Below, piece after piece: positions 52,734-62,895 of a stretch of DNA of 64,000 nt; position 1 is the first letter of the stretch, and the number at the start of each line of letters is the position of its first letter. The stretch spans positions 1,088,001 to 1,152,000 of the forward strand of contig CAVYTU010000014.1 of the NCBI GenBank assembly GCA_963771465.1, written 5' to 3'. This DNA is from an uncultured delta proteobacterium. Its GTDB lineage: Bacteria > Desulfobacterota > Binatia > UBA9968. The translations under genes and the position numbers were made by a program. The notes beneath the pieces are model-generated. The model saw only the letters and a list, made by a program, of their open reading frames with translations, was not told the origin of the DNA and did not search any database.

Positions 52734-53669
52734 ATGAGCCCGCGGCGCAGCGCATTCATCGACGTCGGCACCAACACAGTTCTCTGTCTCATCGCCGACA
52801 TTCGAGAGACCGGCCGCTTCAGAGTGCTCGCCGATCTCGCCGACATTTCTCGCCTCGGTCAAGGGGTCGATCGCACGCGCCGGATCAGCGCCGAAGGCGA
52901 ACAGCGCACCCTCGAAATCCTCGAACGTTATCGCGATCACTGCCAGAGCCTGGGCGTTGAAGAGGTCTTTGCGGTCGGTACCAGCGCCCTGCGCGACGCG
53001 GAGAACCGCGCCGAGGTGCGCGCGCGTTTGCACACCAAACTCGGCTTCGAGATTCGCGTCATCTCGGGCGCCGAAGAAGCGACCTATTCATTTCTAGCGG
53101 TGACGCGCGGCCTGGCGCTCACCGGCAGGGAACTTCTCGTGATCGACATCGGCGGCGGCAGCAGTGAATTTATCCGCGGCAACGACGCCGGCGTTTCTCA
53201 AGTGCTCAGCGTCGACGTCGGTTCGGTGCGTTTGACCGAACGCTTTCTTCACGCCGATCCGGTGCGCGGTGACGAAGTCGCAGCGATGCTGGCCGCCATT
53301 GACCGTGGGCTTGCGCCGGTCATGGCTAGCTTGGCCAGCACCAACGCGGCGCTGACTCTGGTTGGCATCGCCGGCAGTTTCACGACCGTGGCGGCGATCG
53401 AGAAGCGTCTAGTGAATTACTCCCATAGCCAGGTGCACGGCAGCCGACTCAGCCTCGGCGAAGTGCGCCGGCAGATTCAGCTCTTTCGTGAAAAGACTAT
53501 AGAGGAGCGTAAGCAGATCGCCGGTCTCGAAGCCAAGCGCGCCGATGTCATTTTTGCCGGCGCCTGCTTGATCGAACGGATCATGACGTTGTTCCACGCG
53601 GAGAGCGTCGTCGTGAGCGATCAGGGTGTGCGTTACGGTTTGTTGCACGAGCGCGCGCAATCGCTCTAA
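52734..53669 (+). CDS. ppx: Ppx/GppA family phosphatase (short form)
   Basis: IDVGTNT, GTSALRDA, DIGGGSSE, GSVRLTE and RADVI motifs. Confidence 0.9.
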   Translation: MSPRRSAFIDVGTNTVLCLIADIRETGRFRVLADLADISRLGQGVDRTRRISAEGEQRTLEILERYRDHCQSLGVEEVFAVGTSALRDAENRAEVRARLHTKLGFEIRVISGAEEATYSFLAVTRGLALTGRELLVIDIGGGSSEFIRGNDAGVSQVLSVDVGSVRLTERFLHADPVRGDEVAAMLAAIDRGLAPVMASLASTNAALTLVGIAGSFTTVAAIEKRLVNYSHSQVHGSRLSLGEVRRQIQLFREKTIEERKQIAGLEAKRADVIFAGACLIERIMTLFHAESVVVSDQGVRYGLLHERAQSL

Positions 53670-53768
53670 AGACAAAAAACCAGTTGACATTTTTTCTTGA
53701 ATTGGGAATTATCGCGCGTGATATTTTGATTTTGGCAGTAGCTCTTGATCAACGCGGGGTGAAGAAAA

Positions 53769-54038
53769 ATGACTAAGGCAGATTTAGTCGAGACCGTGGC
53801 CAAGGTGGCGCAAATCAACAAGCGCACAGCCGGTGAAGCGGTGGATGCGACGTTCGATGGAATTATCAAGGCGATCAAGAAGGGCAAACGATTTCAAGTT
53901 CCCGGTTTTGGCACTTTCACGGTGCGCGCGCGTAAGGCGCGTAAAGGGATCAATCCCCAGACCGGCGACGTGATCACCATCAACGCGAGCCGGACCGTCG
54001 CTTTCAAACCGGCGCCGGACTTGAAAAAAGTATTGTAA
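53769..54038 (+). CDS. hup: DNA-binding protein HU
   Basis: MTKADLV, GFGTF, RKARKGINPQTG and FKPA motifs. Confidence 0.95.
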   Translation: MTKADLVETVAKVAQINKRTAGEAVDATFDGIIKAIKKGKRFQVPGFGTFTVRARKARKGINPQTGDVITINASRTVAFKPAPDLKKVL

Positions 54039-54057
54039 CCGCTCGGCACACCGATCG

Positions 54058-54090
54058 AGGCCACCGCGGGCAACCGGGTGGCCTTTTTTT
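54058..54090 (+). terminator. Intrinsic terminator of hup
   Basis: AGGCCACC...GGTGGCCT followed by a T run. Confidence 0.85.
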
Positions 54091-54172
54091 GTCCTACTTG
54101 ATGCCGCAGCGGTAGGCACGTAGAATACGCAGAAATCAAAAGTAGGAACTCGCGTTCCGCGAAAGAACGATC

Positions 54173-55093
54173 ATGGCGCTCAAAACTGAAAAAATTTGGC
54201 TCGACGGCGAACTCGTGCGCTGGGAAGATGCCAAGGTGCATGTGCTATCCCATGCGCTGCATTACGGCACGGCGTACTTTGAAGGTATTCGCTGCTACGA
54301 GTTGGCCGACGGCCGCTCCGCCGTGTTTCGTCTCGAAGAGCATATGCGGCGGCTCGCCGATTCAGGAAAAATTTTGGGTTTTCCGCTGCCCTATTCGGTG
54401 GAGCAACTTTGCCAAGCGACCAAAGAGGTCATCCGCGCCAACAAGCTTAAGGCCTGTTACATCCGGCCGCTGGCGTTTCTCGGTCTCGGCGAGCTCGGCG
54501 TTTACGCGCCGCAAAATCCTGTGAACGTGTGCATCGCGGTGTGGCCTTGGGGTGCTTACCTAGGCGACGACGGCATCAAAAACGGCATTCGCGCCAAGGT
54601 GTCGTCCTACACGCGCCACCACGTCAACGTGACGATGACCAAAAGCAAGACCTCGGCAAACTATGTGAATTCAGTTCTGGCCAAAGCCGAAGTGAAAAAA
54701 GCCGGCTACGACGAAGCGATCATGCTCGATACCGAGGGTTACGTTGCGGAAGCCAGCGGCGAGAATATTTTTATGGTGCGCGGCGGCAAGATCAAAACGA
54801 CGCCGTTGACTTCTATCCTGCCCGGCATCACGCGGGAATCGATTATGACCTTGGCGCGCGATAAGGGCTACGAAGTGACCGAGGAGCGTTTCACCCGCGA
54901 CGAGCTCTACATCGCCGACGAAGTGTTTTTTACCGGCACCGCCGCCGAGCTGACGCCGGTCCGCGAAGTTGACGACCGGCAGATCGGCGCCGGTAAACGC
55001 GGTCCGATTACCGAGGATTTGCAGACTACTTTCTTCGATGTCATCAAGGGAAAAGCGGTGGAGAAGTACGCCAAGTGGCTCGCCTACGTTTAG
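54173..55093 (+). CDS. ilvE: Branched-chain amino acid aminotransferase
   Basis: LHYGTAYFEGIR, YIRP, EASGENIF, LPGITR and FFTGTAAE motifs. Confidence 0.95.
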   Translation: MALKTEKIWLDGELVRWEDAKVHVLSHALHYGTAYFEGIRCYELADGRSAVFRLEEHMRRLADSGKILGFPLPYSVEQLCQATKEVIRANKLKACYIRPLAFLGLGELGVYAPQNPVNVCIAVWPWGAYLGDDGIKNGIRAKVSSYTRHHVNVTMTKSKTSANYVNSVLAKAEVKKAGYDEAIMLDTEGYVAEASGENIFMVRGGKIKTTPLTSILPGITRESIMTLARDKGYEVTEERFTRDELYIADEVFFTGTAAELTPVREVDDRQIGAGKRGPITEDLQTTFFDVIKGKAVEKYAKWLAYV

Positions 55094-55152
55094 GCGCCGC
55101 GAGTCGCACTCATTTTTTGCCCCTTGCCACTTACCTTCCATAGTCATTCCCC

Positions 55153-55524
55153 ATGGCAGATGCGCGCGAGCCGACGCTCAGGGTGACCATGCTGCCGCGC
55201 GACACCAACGCGCGCGGCACGATCTTTGGCGGCGTGATCCTCAGTCATATCGACTTGGCGGGCGGCATCGCAGCGTCGCGCTGCGCCGCGCGAAACTTCG
55301 TCACCCGGGCAATGCGCGAAGTCGAGTTCATTGCGCCAGTGTACGTCGGCGATGTGGTGAGCTTTTACACTTCGACGCTGCGCATCGGGACGACATCCGT
55401 GACCATCAAAGTCGATGTCGAAGCGCAACGCGCGAAAGATCCCAGCGCTAACGTCAAAGTCACTGAAGCCGAGGTTATTTTCGTCGCTGTTGATGAAGCG
55501 GGGAACCCGATTGCGTTGAGATGA
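55153..55524 (+). CDS. Acyl-CoA thioesterase (hotdog fold)
   Basis: [13 protein letters not shown]...D and FIAPVYVGD motifs. Confidence 0.9.
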   Translation: MADAREPTLRVTMLPRDTNARGTIFGGVILSHIDLAGGIAASRCAARNFVTRAMREVEFIAPVYVGDVVSFYTSTLRIGTTSVTIKVDVEAQRAKDPSANVKVTEAEVIFVAVDEAGNPIALR

Positions 55525-55533
55525 GGGGGTCAG

Positions 55534-55615
55534 CCGCAAAGAACGCAGAATACGCAAAGTACAAAAAGGAAATCATAAGAATTCGAACTTCGCGCGCTTT
55601 GTGTTCATTGTAGTG
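55534..55615. repeat. Degenerate 9-mer array with an inverted counterpart
   Basis: CCGCAAAGA ACGCAGAAT ACGCAAAGT ACAAAAAGG ... CTTTGTGTTCATTGTAGTG; related units near 45693, 54120, 61850 and 61902. Confidence 0.6.
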
Positions 55616-55656
55616 AAGAGGCGAATACGTAGACGCGAATAGCTGTCCGCCGGCGA

Positions 55657-56505
55657 TTAGGATGCACCGTCCGCACACGCAGAGCCGCCGTTGTCTTTGA
55701 GAAATTGCACCGCTTGATCTTTGATCGCACGGATCGACAGCCAGTGACCGTGCTCGGGATAGAGCACCAGACGATGCGTCTTGCCTAAACTTTCCAGCCG
55801 GTCGCGAAGCAGCGTGGCCTGGGAAACCGGGATCAATGAATCTTGCGCGCCGTGCAAAATCAGCGTTGACGCCTGCCAATCGGCGGCTTCCGGCAGCAGA
55901 TTTCGCAGCTTCGGTTCGGCTTCGCCATTGGGATTCAGTATCATTTTAAGCGCGAAACTCGAAGTGTTTTTGTAAAGCGTTGCCAGATCGTAGGCGCCGG
56001 AGTGGAGCATTGCCCCTTTGAGACCGTCGATTTCATTGGCCAACGCCGCCGCTACCACTGCGCCGCGGGAAAATCCGTAAACGTAAATCTTGCTTCCATC
56101 GATCCACGGCAGCTGTTTCGCCCTGGCAACCGCGTCGAGAACTGCGCGGCGCGTCGATTCAGCCAGCGGGCCGTCGGGAACTTTGGTACCCCCGTAGCCC
56201 GGCAACGAGACGGCCATGCTGGCGTAACAGACCTCCTTGGCGAACGCTTCGGCGGCGGGCAAAACCCGGCGCGCGCCAATGCCGAACCAGCTATGACCGT
56301 GCAGTAAGACGATTAGTGGAAACCGGCCGTTGCCGCGCGGGCGCGCCAGATAACCTTCCACTAATCCACCAGCGCTGGGAAACATAAAACGCGAGGTAGA
56401 ATTCGCCGGCAGGGCCGCGAGGTCATTTACGGAAACGGTTTCAAACGTCGAGCAGCCGCCAAGTAAGAATAGGGCCAGAGCGGTTAGGACGGCATTCACG
56501 CGCAT
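55657..56505 (-). CDS. Alpha/beta hydrolase lipoprotein (S9 peptidase-like)
   Basis: LGGC lipobox; LLHG, GFSRG nucleophile, LHGAQD and EHGH motifs. Confidence 0.85.
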   Translation of the reverse strand: MRVNAVLTALALFLLGGCSTFETVSVNDLAALPANSTSRFMFPSAGGLVEGYLARPRGNGRFPLIVLLHGHSWFGIGARRVLPAAEAFAKEVCYASMAVSLPGYGGTKVPDGPLAESTRRAVLDAVARAKQLPWIDGSKIYVYGFSRGAVVAAALANEIDGLKGAMLHSGAYDLATLYKNTSSFALKMILNPNGEAEPKLRNLLPEAADWQASTLILHGAQDSLIPVSQATLLRDRLESLGKTHRLVLYPEHGHWLSIRAIKDQAVQFLKDNGGSACADGAS

Positions 56506-56584
56506 GCAGTTTCATACCACCCCGGCCACCTGAATCAATACGTTTGCACCCGCGCCGAGCTTTCAGTATCAATGAACGCTGAAT

Positions 56585-57492
56585 ATGAAAAGCAACCTGA
56601 TTCGCTGTTTTACCATCTTATCGTGGTTTGCGCTGTTCGCCTGCGGCGATTCGCCAAAAGCGCCCAAGACGCTGCGCGTTGGCTTTGTACCCGCCGAAGA
56701 CGCCCAGCAGGTGATGCAAAACGCCCAGCCGGTTGTGGAGATCCTGCGCAAAGAACTGGGCATGGAAATCCAACCGTTCGTCGCTACCGACTACACCGGC
56801 GTGGTCGAAGCGTTGCGCGTGGGCAAGCTCGATGTCGCATTTTTGGCGCCGGCTTCCTACGTGCTGGCGAAAAGCGAAGCCAACGTCAAAGTCGTGCTCA
56901 AGTCCGAACGCAAAGGTATCCCGACTTATTTTGCGGCGATCATCACGCGGGCCGATAGCGGCATCAAAACCCTCGAGGACTTGCGCGGCAAAACTTTCGC
57001 CTTTGGCGATTCGCTGTCCACTACGGGCCATGTGTTTCCGCGCAAGATGTTTAAGGAGCGCGGCATCGATCCGGTGCGGGATTTCAAACAGATTCTTTAT
57101 TCCGGCGGCCACGACGCCACCGTGTTGGCGGTGCTCAATCGCAAAGTCGACGCCGGCGCCACCTACGCCAACTCTCCCGATAGCCAGGACACCGCGTGGA
57201 TGCGCTATTTGAAAGATCCGGCGGATATAAAAAAAATTCACGCCATCGCCTTCTCCGAGCCGATCCCCGCCGACAATCTGGTGATCCGCGGCGACCTCGA
57301 TGACGCCATCGCTAAAAAGATCGTCGATGTTTTCATCAATTTGAGCCGCGATCCGGCGGGGAAACAGATGCTGCGCGAACTTTACCAGATCGATGGTTTC
57401 GTCACCGCCACCGACAAGGACTACGACTCGGTGCGTGAGGCTTTTAAGATTGCCGGCATCCCGCTCAAGGAAGCGCTCAAGAAAAAGAAATC

Positions 57493-57496
<4 letters not shown>
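56585..57496 (+). CDS. phnD: Phosphonate/phosphite/phosphate ABC substrate-binding protein
   Basis: VATDYTGVVEAL, STTGH and SGGHDA motifs. Confidence 0.9.
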
Positions 57497-58272
<776 letters not shown>

Positions 58273-58293
58273 TGGCGGCGAAATTTAACCGCC

Positions 58294-60111
58294 TCAGTCG
58301 ACGCCGGGATGGCCTGATTCGTCCAGCTTGCGAAGCGCATAGCGATATCCGACTTCGATAATTTTATCGACGCTGCGCCATTCGAAGACATTGAATTGGC
58401 CGACCGGCGGTTCGAAGCAGAGATCGGCTTGGGCCTTGGCGCTCGCGATGGCGCGGATGCCGCCGACGGTGGTGGTGCGATAGAGAGTATTTAGAATATT
58501 GGGGATGTCGGGTTTGTCGCTGAATGGACTCAGCTGTTGCCACAGGAGTTTCCAGCCCGAGACGGTGTAGCTCTCCGATAGCTTACTCGTGAATTCGACC
58601 TGCTCGCTGACATCGACGGCGCAGACTCGCCCTTGGCAAAATTTCTTCATGGTCTCCACCGGCAGATTGTCGACTAAGCCGCCGTCGATAAAAATCTCAC
58701 CGTTTTCGATCGCCGGCGGGCCGATACCGGGGATGGACACGCTGGCGCGCACAGCTTTCCAGAGCGCCCCTTGCTGATGTATTTTCGCCGCAGCGGTGGT
58801 GAGGTTGGTCGACACACAGAAAAATTGGGTGCGAAGATTCTCGATTTCGGCGTTACCGAACATTCTTCGGAGCATTTGATCCATACGCCGCGCGGAGTTG
58901 AGCGCGACCAAAGGCAAGGTGTAATTTTTCTGCGGTTCGCAGCGCGGCCATTCGTCGCGATTGACGCGGGCCATGGTCTGCCAATCCCAGCCGAGCGCGT
59001 GTTGCGCGGCGATCACCGCGCCCATGCTGGTGCCGCCGATCATGTCGATCGGCACGCCGCGCTCTTGGAGCGCACGAATCACGCCAATATGGGCAAAACC
59101 GCGCGCGCCGCCGCCGCTCAAAACTAAACCGATTCCATTGCCGGTGATCAGGCGCGCGAGTCTGGCGACGTCGGCTGCTTCAGTGGCAACGATGTGGTGG
59201 TGTGCCGAAGTGCCCAATTGGGCGACCCACTTCGCCGTTGTGAAATCATGACTGACGTCGCGACCGTGCAACAGCACGAGCTCCATACGCGCAGTGATGG
59301 TGCAGGAATCAAAGTAGTCGCGCATTGGCTTGAGCGCGGCATCGGGACTCGCGACGTTGGCACGGCCGACAACCAAGATGAGGTCGGCTTGACGGATACA
59401 ACGTTTAGTCCAAGCATTGAGATCCGCGTCCGCTTGGTAAACGATGGCGCGGTGATTGGCTTCGAGGGCGTCCAAGCGGACCGTGAGCTCGGCTTCGGCT
59501 GCGCGAGCTTCGTTGGCCGCGGAAAATTCAACCCCAGACTCGCGGCCGATGCTCTGTGGGCTCACGCACAACGTTGGAGCTATCTTCGTCAGCGCGTTCG
59601 CTAGCAACAGCGCGAACTCGTTCGCTTGATCGCTTTCGTCACAGGGAAGCACCGCAACGGTGCGCAGGTTACTTCGCGCCGTTGCTCCGTCGCTGCCTTG
59701 GCGCTGGCGCGACGCCAGCTGCACGGCGATTTGCCGGATCAGCGTCGGGTCAAATTGGATCGCCCGCTCAAATGCCGACTGCGAGAGCATTGCGAGTGTG
59801 GTATCGCGGATCGCGCGAATCGTCGCCGAACGCGCTTCTCCGGTGAGCAAGGCGAGTTCGCCTACACTTTCGCCGCGGGCAATTTCGCGAATGATTTCTT
59901 CTGCGCCGTCAGCGCGTTGGACCGACACGCGCAGCCGTCCTGAAAGCACGATGTACATCGAGTCGCCGGCATCGCCGGCGCGAAACAAAATCGCGCCGCC
60001 GGATAGACTTATGAATCGCAACTCAGAAAGCAGCTCGTCGAAAGCGCACGGAGTTAGGCCAGCGAAGAGGGGTGTGGCTATAAGCTCGGCGAGTTTGTCT
60101 TGGGAAAACAT
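58294..60111 (-). CDS. cNMP-binding domain plus patatin phospholipase (NTE-like)
   Basis: N-terminal CNB (LFRAGDAGDSMYIVLSG, GELALL..ARSAT); patatin GGGARG, GTSMG and DGG motifs. Confidence 0.92.
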   Translation of the reverse strand: MFSQDKLAELIATPLFAGLTPCAFDELLSELRFISLSGGAILFRAGDAGDSMYIVLSGRLRVSVQRADGAEEIIREIARGESVGELALLTGEARSATIRAIRDTTLAMLSQSAFERAIQFDPTLIRQIAVQLASRQRQGSDGATARSNLRTVAVLPCDESDQANEFALLLANALTKIAPTLCVSPQSIGRESGVEFSAANEARAAEAELTVRLDALEANHRAIVYQADADLNAWTKRCIRQADLILVVGRANVASPDAALKPMRDYFDSCTITARMELVLLHGRDVSHDFTTAKWVAQLGTSAHHHIVATEAADVARLARLITGNGIGLVLSGGGARGFAHIGVIRALQERGVPIDMIGGTSMGAVIAAQHALGWDWQTMARVNRDEWPRCEPQKNYTLPLVALNSARRMDQMLRRMFGNAEIENLRTQFFCVSTNLTTAAAKIHQQGALWKAVRASVSIPGIGPPAIENGEIFIDGGLVDNLPVETMKKFCQGRVCAVDVSEQVEFTSKLSESYTVSGWKLLWQQLSPFSDKPDIPNILNTLYRTTTVGGIRAIASAKAQADLCFEPPVGQFNVFEWRSVDKIIEVGYRYALRKLDESGHPGVD

Positions 60112-60249
60112 TTTGCCCGCTTCTGCGCTGAAATGAATCGTCCGGCCAGTGTTACTGTTGGGTGCCTAACGCACCAATTGAACCCAATCTAGGAGGGGAT
60201 CAAATACATTATTGTGCCGGCCAAGTGCAAGCGGACGCCAGACGGTCGA

Positions 60250-60495
60250 TCAACCGCCATCGCCGCCGACGACAAACGGCGCCCAGAACATCGGGTGCGC
60301 GTAGCTGTACGAGTTGCCGGCTGATTGCTGCATGACCGCGAGTGACGCAGCGCGCAGCGCTTGGACGCGGTTCAGTTTGGCGTCGGCCGATTGGCGCTTA
60401 AACAATTCGGTAGTGATAAGTTTCGCCGACACGGTTTCCACCGGCCAGTGGGATACGAGCAACGCCTTGGTGGCGGCGAAAAGGGCGGTTAGAAG
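60250..60495 (-). pseudogene. 3' fragment of a CHAT (caspase-like) domain gene
   Basis: ...AATKALLVSHWPVETVSA...ALRAA...YAHPMFWAPFVVGGDGG*; in-frame stop shortly upstream and catalytic His/Cys region absent. Confidence 0.8.
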
Positions 60496-60534
60496 ATTCT
60501 CACGGGGTTGACGAGCTCAGGGCTCGCTGAATAA

Positions 60535-60730
60535 GTATTAACCGCGCCGCTGCGCATTGGCATCGGGATTCATACCGGTGAGGTGATCGCCGGGATTGTC
60601 CGTGCCGGTGAGCGTATGGATATCGACGTGACAGGCGATATGATAAGCAGTGTCGGTGATGCTTGGGTGATTGAGAAAAGGGGCTTCGCGGTGAATGAGA
60701 CGAAGACGATCTTTGAATCGACGTTGCGCT
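60535..60730 (+). pseudogene. Decayed fragment of a class III adenylate/guanylate cyclase
   Basis: PLRIGIGIHTGEVIAGIVRAGERMDIDVTGDMISSV...IFEST; preceded by TAA at 60532-60534; the N-x3-R catalytic segment is degenerate. Confidence 0.7.
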
Positions 60731-60909
60731 CGTATTGTCCGAGCTCTACGACAAGATTGGTCTTAAAACTCTCGCTAATGAAGAGTACCGCGAGGCGGAA
60801 TTTTTGGCGAAAGCGAAGCCGTAGCGGCCATGGTGAAGTTCCAAACTGCAATCTTGTACATTCCGCCGATGGTCCGCGATTTGGCGCTGAACGATAGTTT
60901 TCCCGTCAG

Positions 60910-61839
60910 GTGAAATCATTGGAATTGGAGCATGACATTTTTGCCGAAGCGCCGGCGCGGCCGCGCAAACGGCGGCTCAGTTTTATCGTTACGTGCGTTT
61001 TGCTTTTGATCCTGGCCTGGTCGTTTCAAGGTGCAAAGATTCGACCGGGTGAGTTATTCGAAGGCGTGCCGCAGATTTTTCACACTCTGAGCCGAATGCT
61101 GCCGCCGGATTTTGCCCGCATCACCGAGGCGAAACATTATTATTTTCCGGAAAAGCTGAGCTTGCCCGAATTGATTTTGCCCTTGCCCTTAGGCGAGGAT
61201 GAAGCGCGCGCGCGCCAGCGTTGGTGGGATAATACTTTCCCCCAGACCGTGGTCGGCGCGACTTTGGAAACCGTGCAGATGGCTTTGGCGGGAACATTTC
61301 TGGCGTTGTTGGCGGCGTTTCCTCTCGGCTTTCTCGCGGCGCGCAATACCACGCCGCACCCCTTCGTCTATCACGCCGTGCGCACGGTGCTGAATCTAGT
61401 GCGCACGATTCCCGATCTGGCGCTCGGCTTACTGTTCGTTGCAGCGGTCGGCCTGGGCGCTTTCGCCGGGACCATGGCATTGGCGATTCACACAGCGACG
61501 GTTCTCGGCAAATTATTATCCGAGTCGGTGGAAAATATTGACGAAGGCGTGGTCGAAGCGATCCGCGCCACCGGCGCCGGTTATTCGCAAATACTGTCGT
61601 TCGCCGTGCTGCCGCAGATCTTGCCCGATCTCATTTCATTCACGCTTTACCGCTTTGAAACCAACATCCGCGCGGCTTCGGTTTTGGGCTTGATCGGTGC
61701 CGGCGGCATCGGTTACTTGATGAACACCAGTTTCCGCACTTTCCAATATCAAGAAGCGGCGGCCATTGTGTTGGTACTGATCGCGCTTGTGATGCTGGTC
61801 GATTACCTGAGCGCGCGGCTGCGCCGTCTGGTTGTCTAG
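60910..61839 (+). CDS. phnE: Phosphonate ABC permease
   Basis: LETVQMALAGT, RTIPDL, EAIRATGA and YRFETNIRAASVLGLIGAGGIG motifs. Confidence 0.92.
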   Translation: MKSLELEHDIFAEAPARPRKRRLSFIVTCVLLLILAWSFQGAKIRPGELFEGVPQIFHTLSRMLPPDFARITEAKHYYFPEKLSLPELILPLPLGEDEARARQRWWDNTFPQTVVGATLETVQMALAGTFLALLAAFPLGFLAARNTTPHPFVYHAVRTVLNLVRTIPDLALGLLFVAAVGLGAFAGTMALAIHTATVLGKLLSESVENIDEGVVEAIRATGAGYSQILSFAVLPQILPDLISFTLYRFETNIRAASVLGLIGAGGIGYLMNTSFRTFQYQEAAAIVLVLIALVMLVDYLSARLRRLVV

Positions 61840-62032
61840 CGAGGCATTAGCCGCAAAGGGCACCCGGCCACAGGGAATGAATATTCGGATTCGGAATATT
61901 AACCGCAAAGAACACAAAAAAGAATTCGGATTCGTTGCAACCGTTTGAAACCCGCCCTTTTGGCTTTAGCTGCGCTGCGTCACGGGCATTTTGTTTTTCG
62001 CTGTGGTAAGGTCGCGGCCGAGTGATTGACCG

Positions 62033-62884
62033 ATGATCCGAACCGTTGGATTAGTTGCCAAATACCACGAGCCCAAAGCTGCGCAGATGGTGCGCTGGCT
62101 CATTCCCTGGCTAAAGAAGCGCGGCAAGCAGGTCTGCGTGGAAAAGGGTCTGGTTCACCGCGGCGCACGCGCGTGCAGCAAAAAAGAGATGGCGGCCGAG
62201 GCCGATCTGATTATTTCGTTGGGCGGCGACGGTACGCTGCTCAACATCGCGCCTTTGGTGATCCGTCCCGAGGTGCCGATCCTGGGTGTCAATCTTGGTG
62301 GTTTGGGATTCATCACCGAAGTCGCGGTGGGCGAACTGGAGGCGGTGCTGAGTAAGACACTCGACGGTGATTTCGAAGTCGAGCCGCGCATGACGTTGCA
62401 GGTGCGCGTGATCGGCAAGAAAGGCCGCACGCGCAAGTTTCGTATCCTCAACGACGCGGTGATCGCCAAGGGCGCGCGCAGCCGCATCATCGATCTGGAA
62501 ACTCATGTCGGCGACGATTATCTTTGCACCTACCGCGCCGACGGCTTGATTATTTCCACGCCGACGGGTTCTACCGCTTATTCTTTGGCCGCGGCGGGGC
62601 CGATTCTCGAACCGACACTCGGCGCCATCGTGCTCTCGCCGATTTGCCCGCACACGCTGACCAACCGGCCGATCGTCGTGCCGAGTAATGCGGCGATCCG
62701 CGTGACCTTGCGCTCCCTCGGCGATACGGTTTTTTTTAGCCCCGATGGACAACAGGGGATACGACTGCACAACGGTGACCAAGTGGAAGCGCGCGACTAC
62801 GGCATGCCGGTGTCGCTGATCAAGTTGCCGTCGCGCAGCTACTACGAGATTCTCCGAGAAAAACTCAAGTGGGGCGAGCGCTAG
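62033..62884 (+). CDS. nadK: NAD kinase
   Basis: LGGDGTLL, GVNLGGLGF, LND and DGLIISTPTGSTAYSLAAAGPI motifs. Confidence 0.95.
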   Translation: MIRTVGLVAKYHEPKAAQMVRWLIPWLKKRGKQVCVEKGLVHRGARACSKKEMAAEADLIISLGGDGTLLNIAPLVIRPEVPILGVNLGGLGFITEVAVGELEAVLSKTLDGDFEVEPRMTLQVRVIGKKGRTRKFRILNDAVIAKGARSRIIDLETHVGDDYLCTYRADGLIISTPTGSTAYSLAAAGPILEPTLGAIVLSPICPHTLTNRPIVVPSNAAIRVTLRSLGDTVFFSPDGQQGIRLHNGDQVEARDYGMPVSLIKLPSRSYYEILREKLKWGER

Positions 62885-62895
62885 AAGAATAGTTT

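Noticed and set aside
60583-60897. 104-aa ORF as a functional cyclase
   Set aside because: It lacks the N-terminal metal-binding Asp region and the catalytic Asn/Arg, so it was treated as a pseudogene fragment
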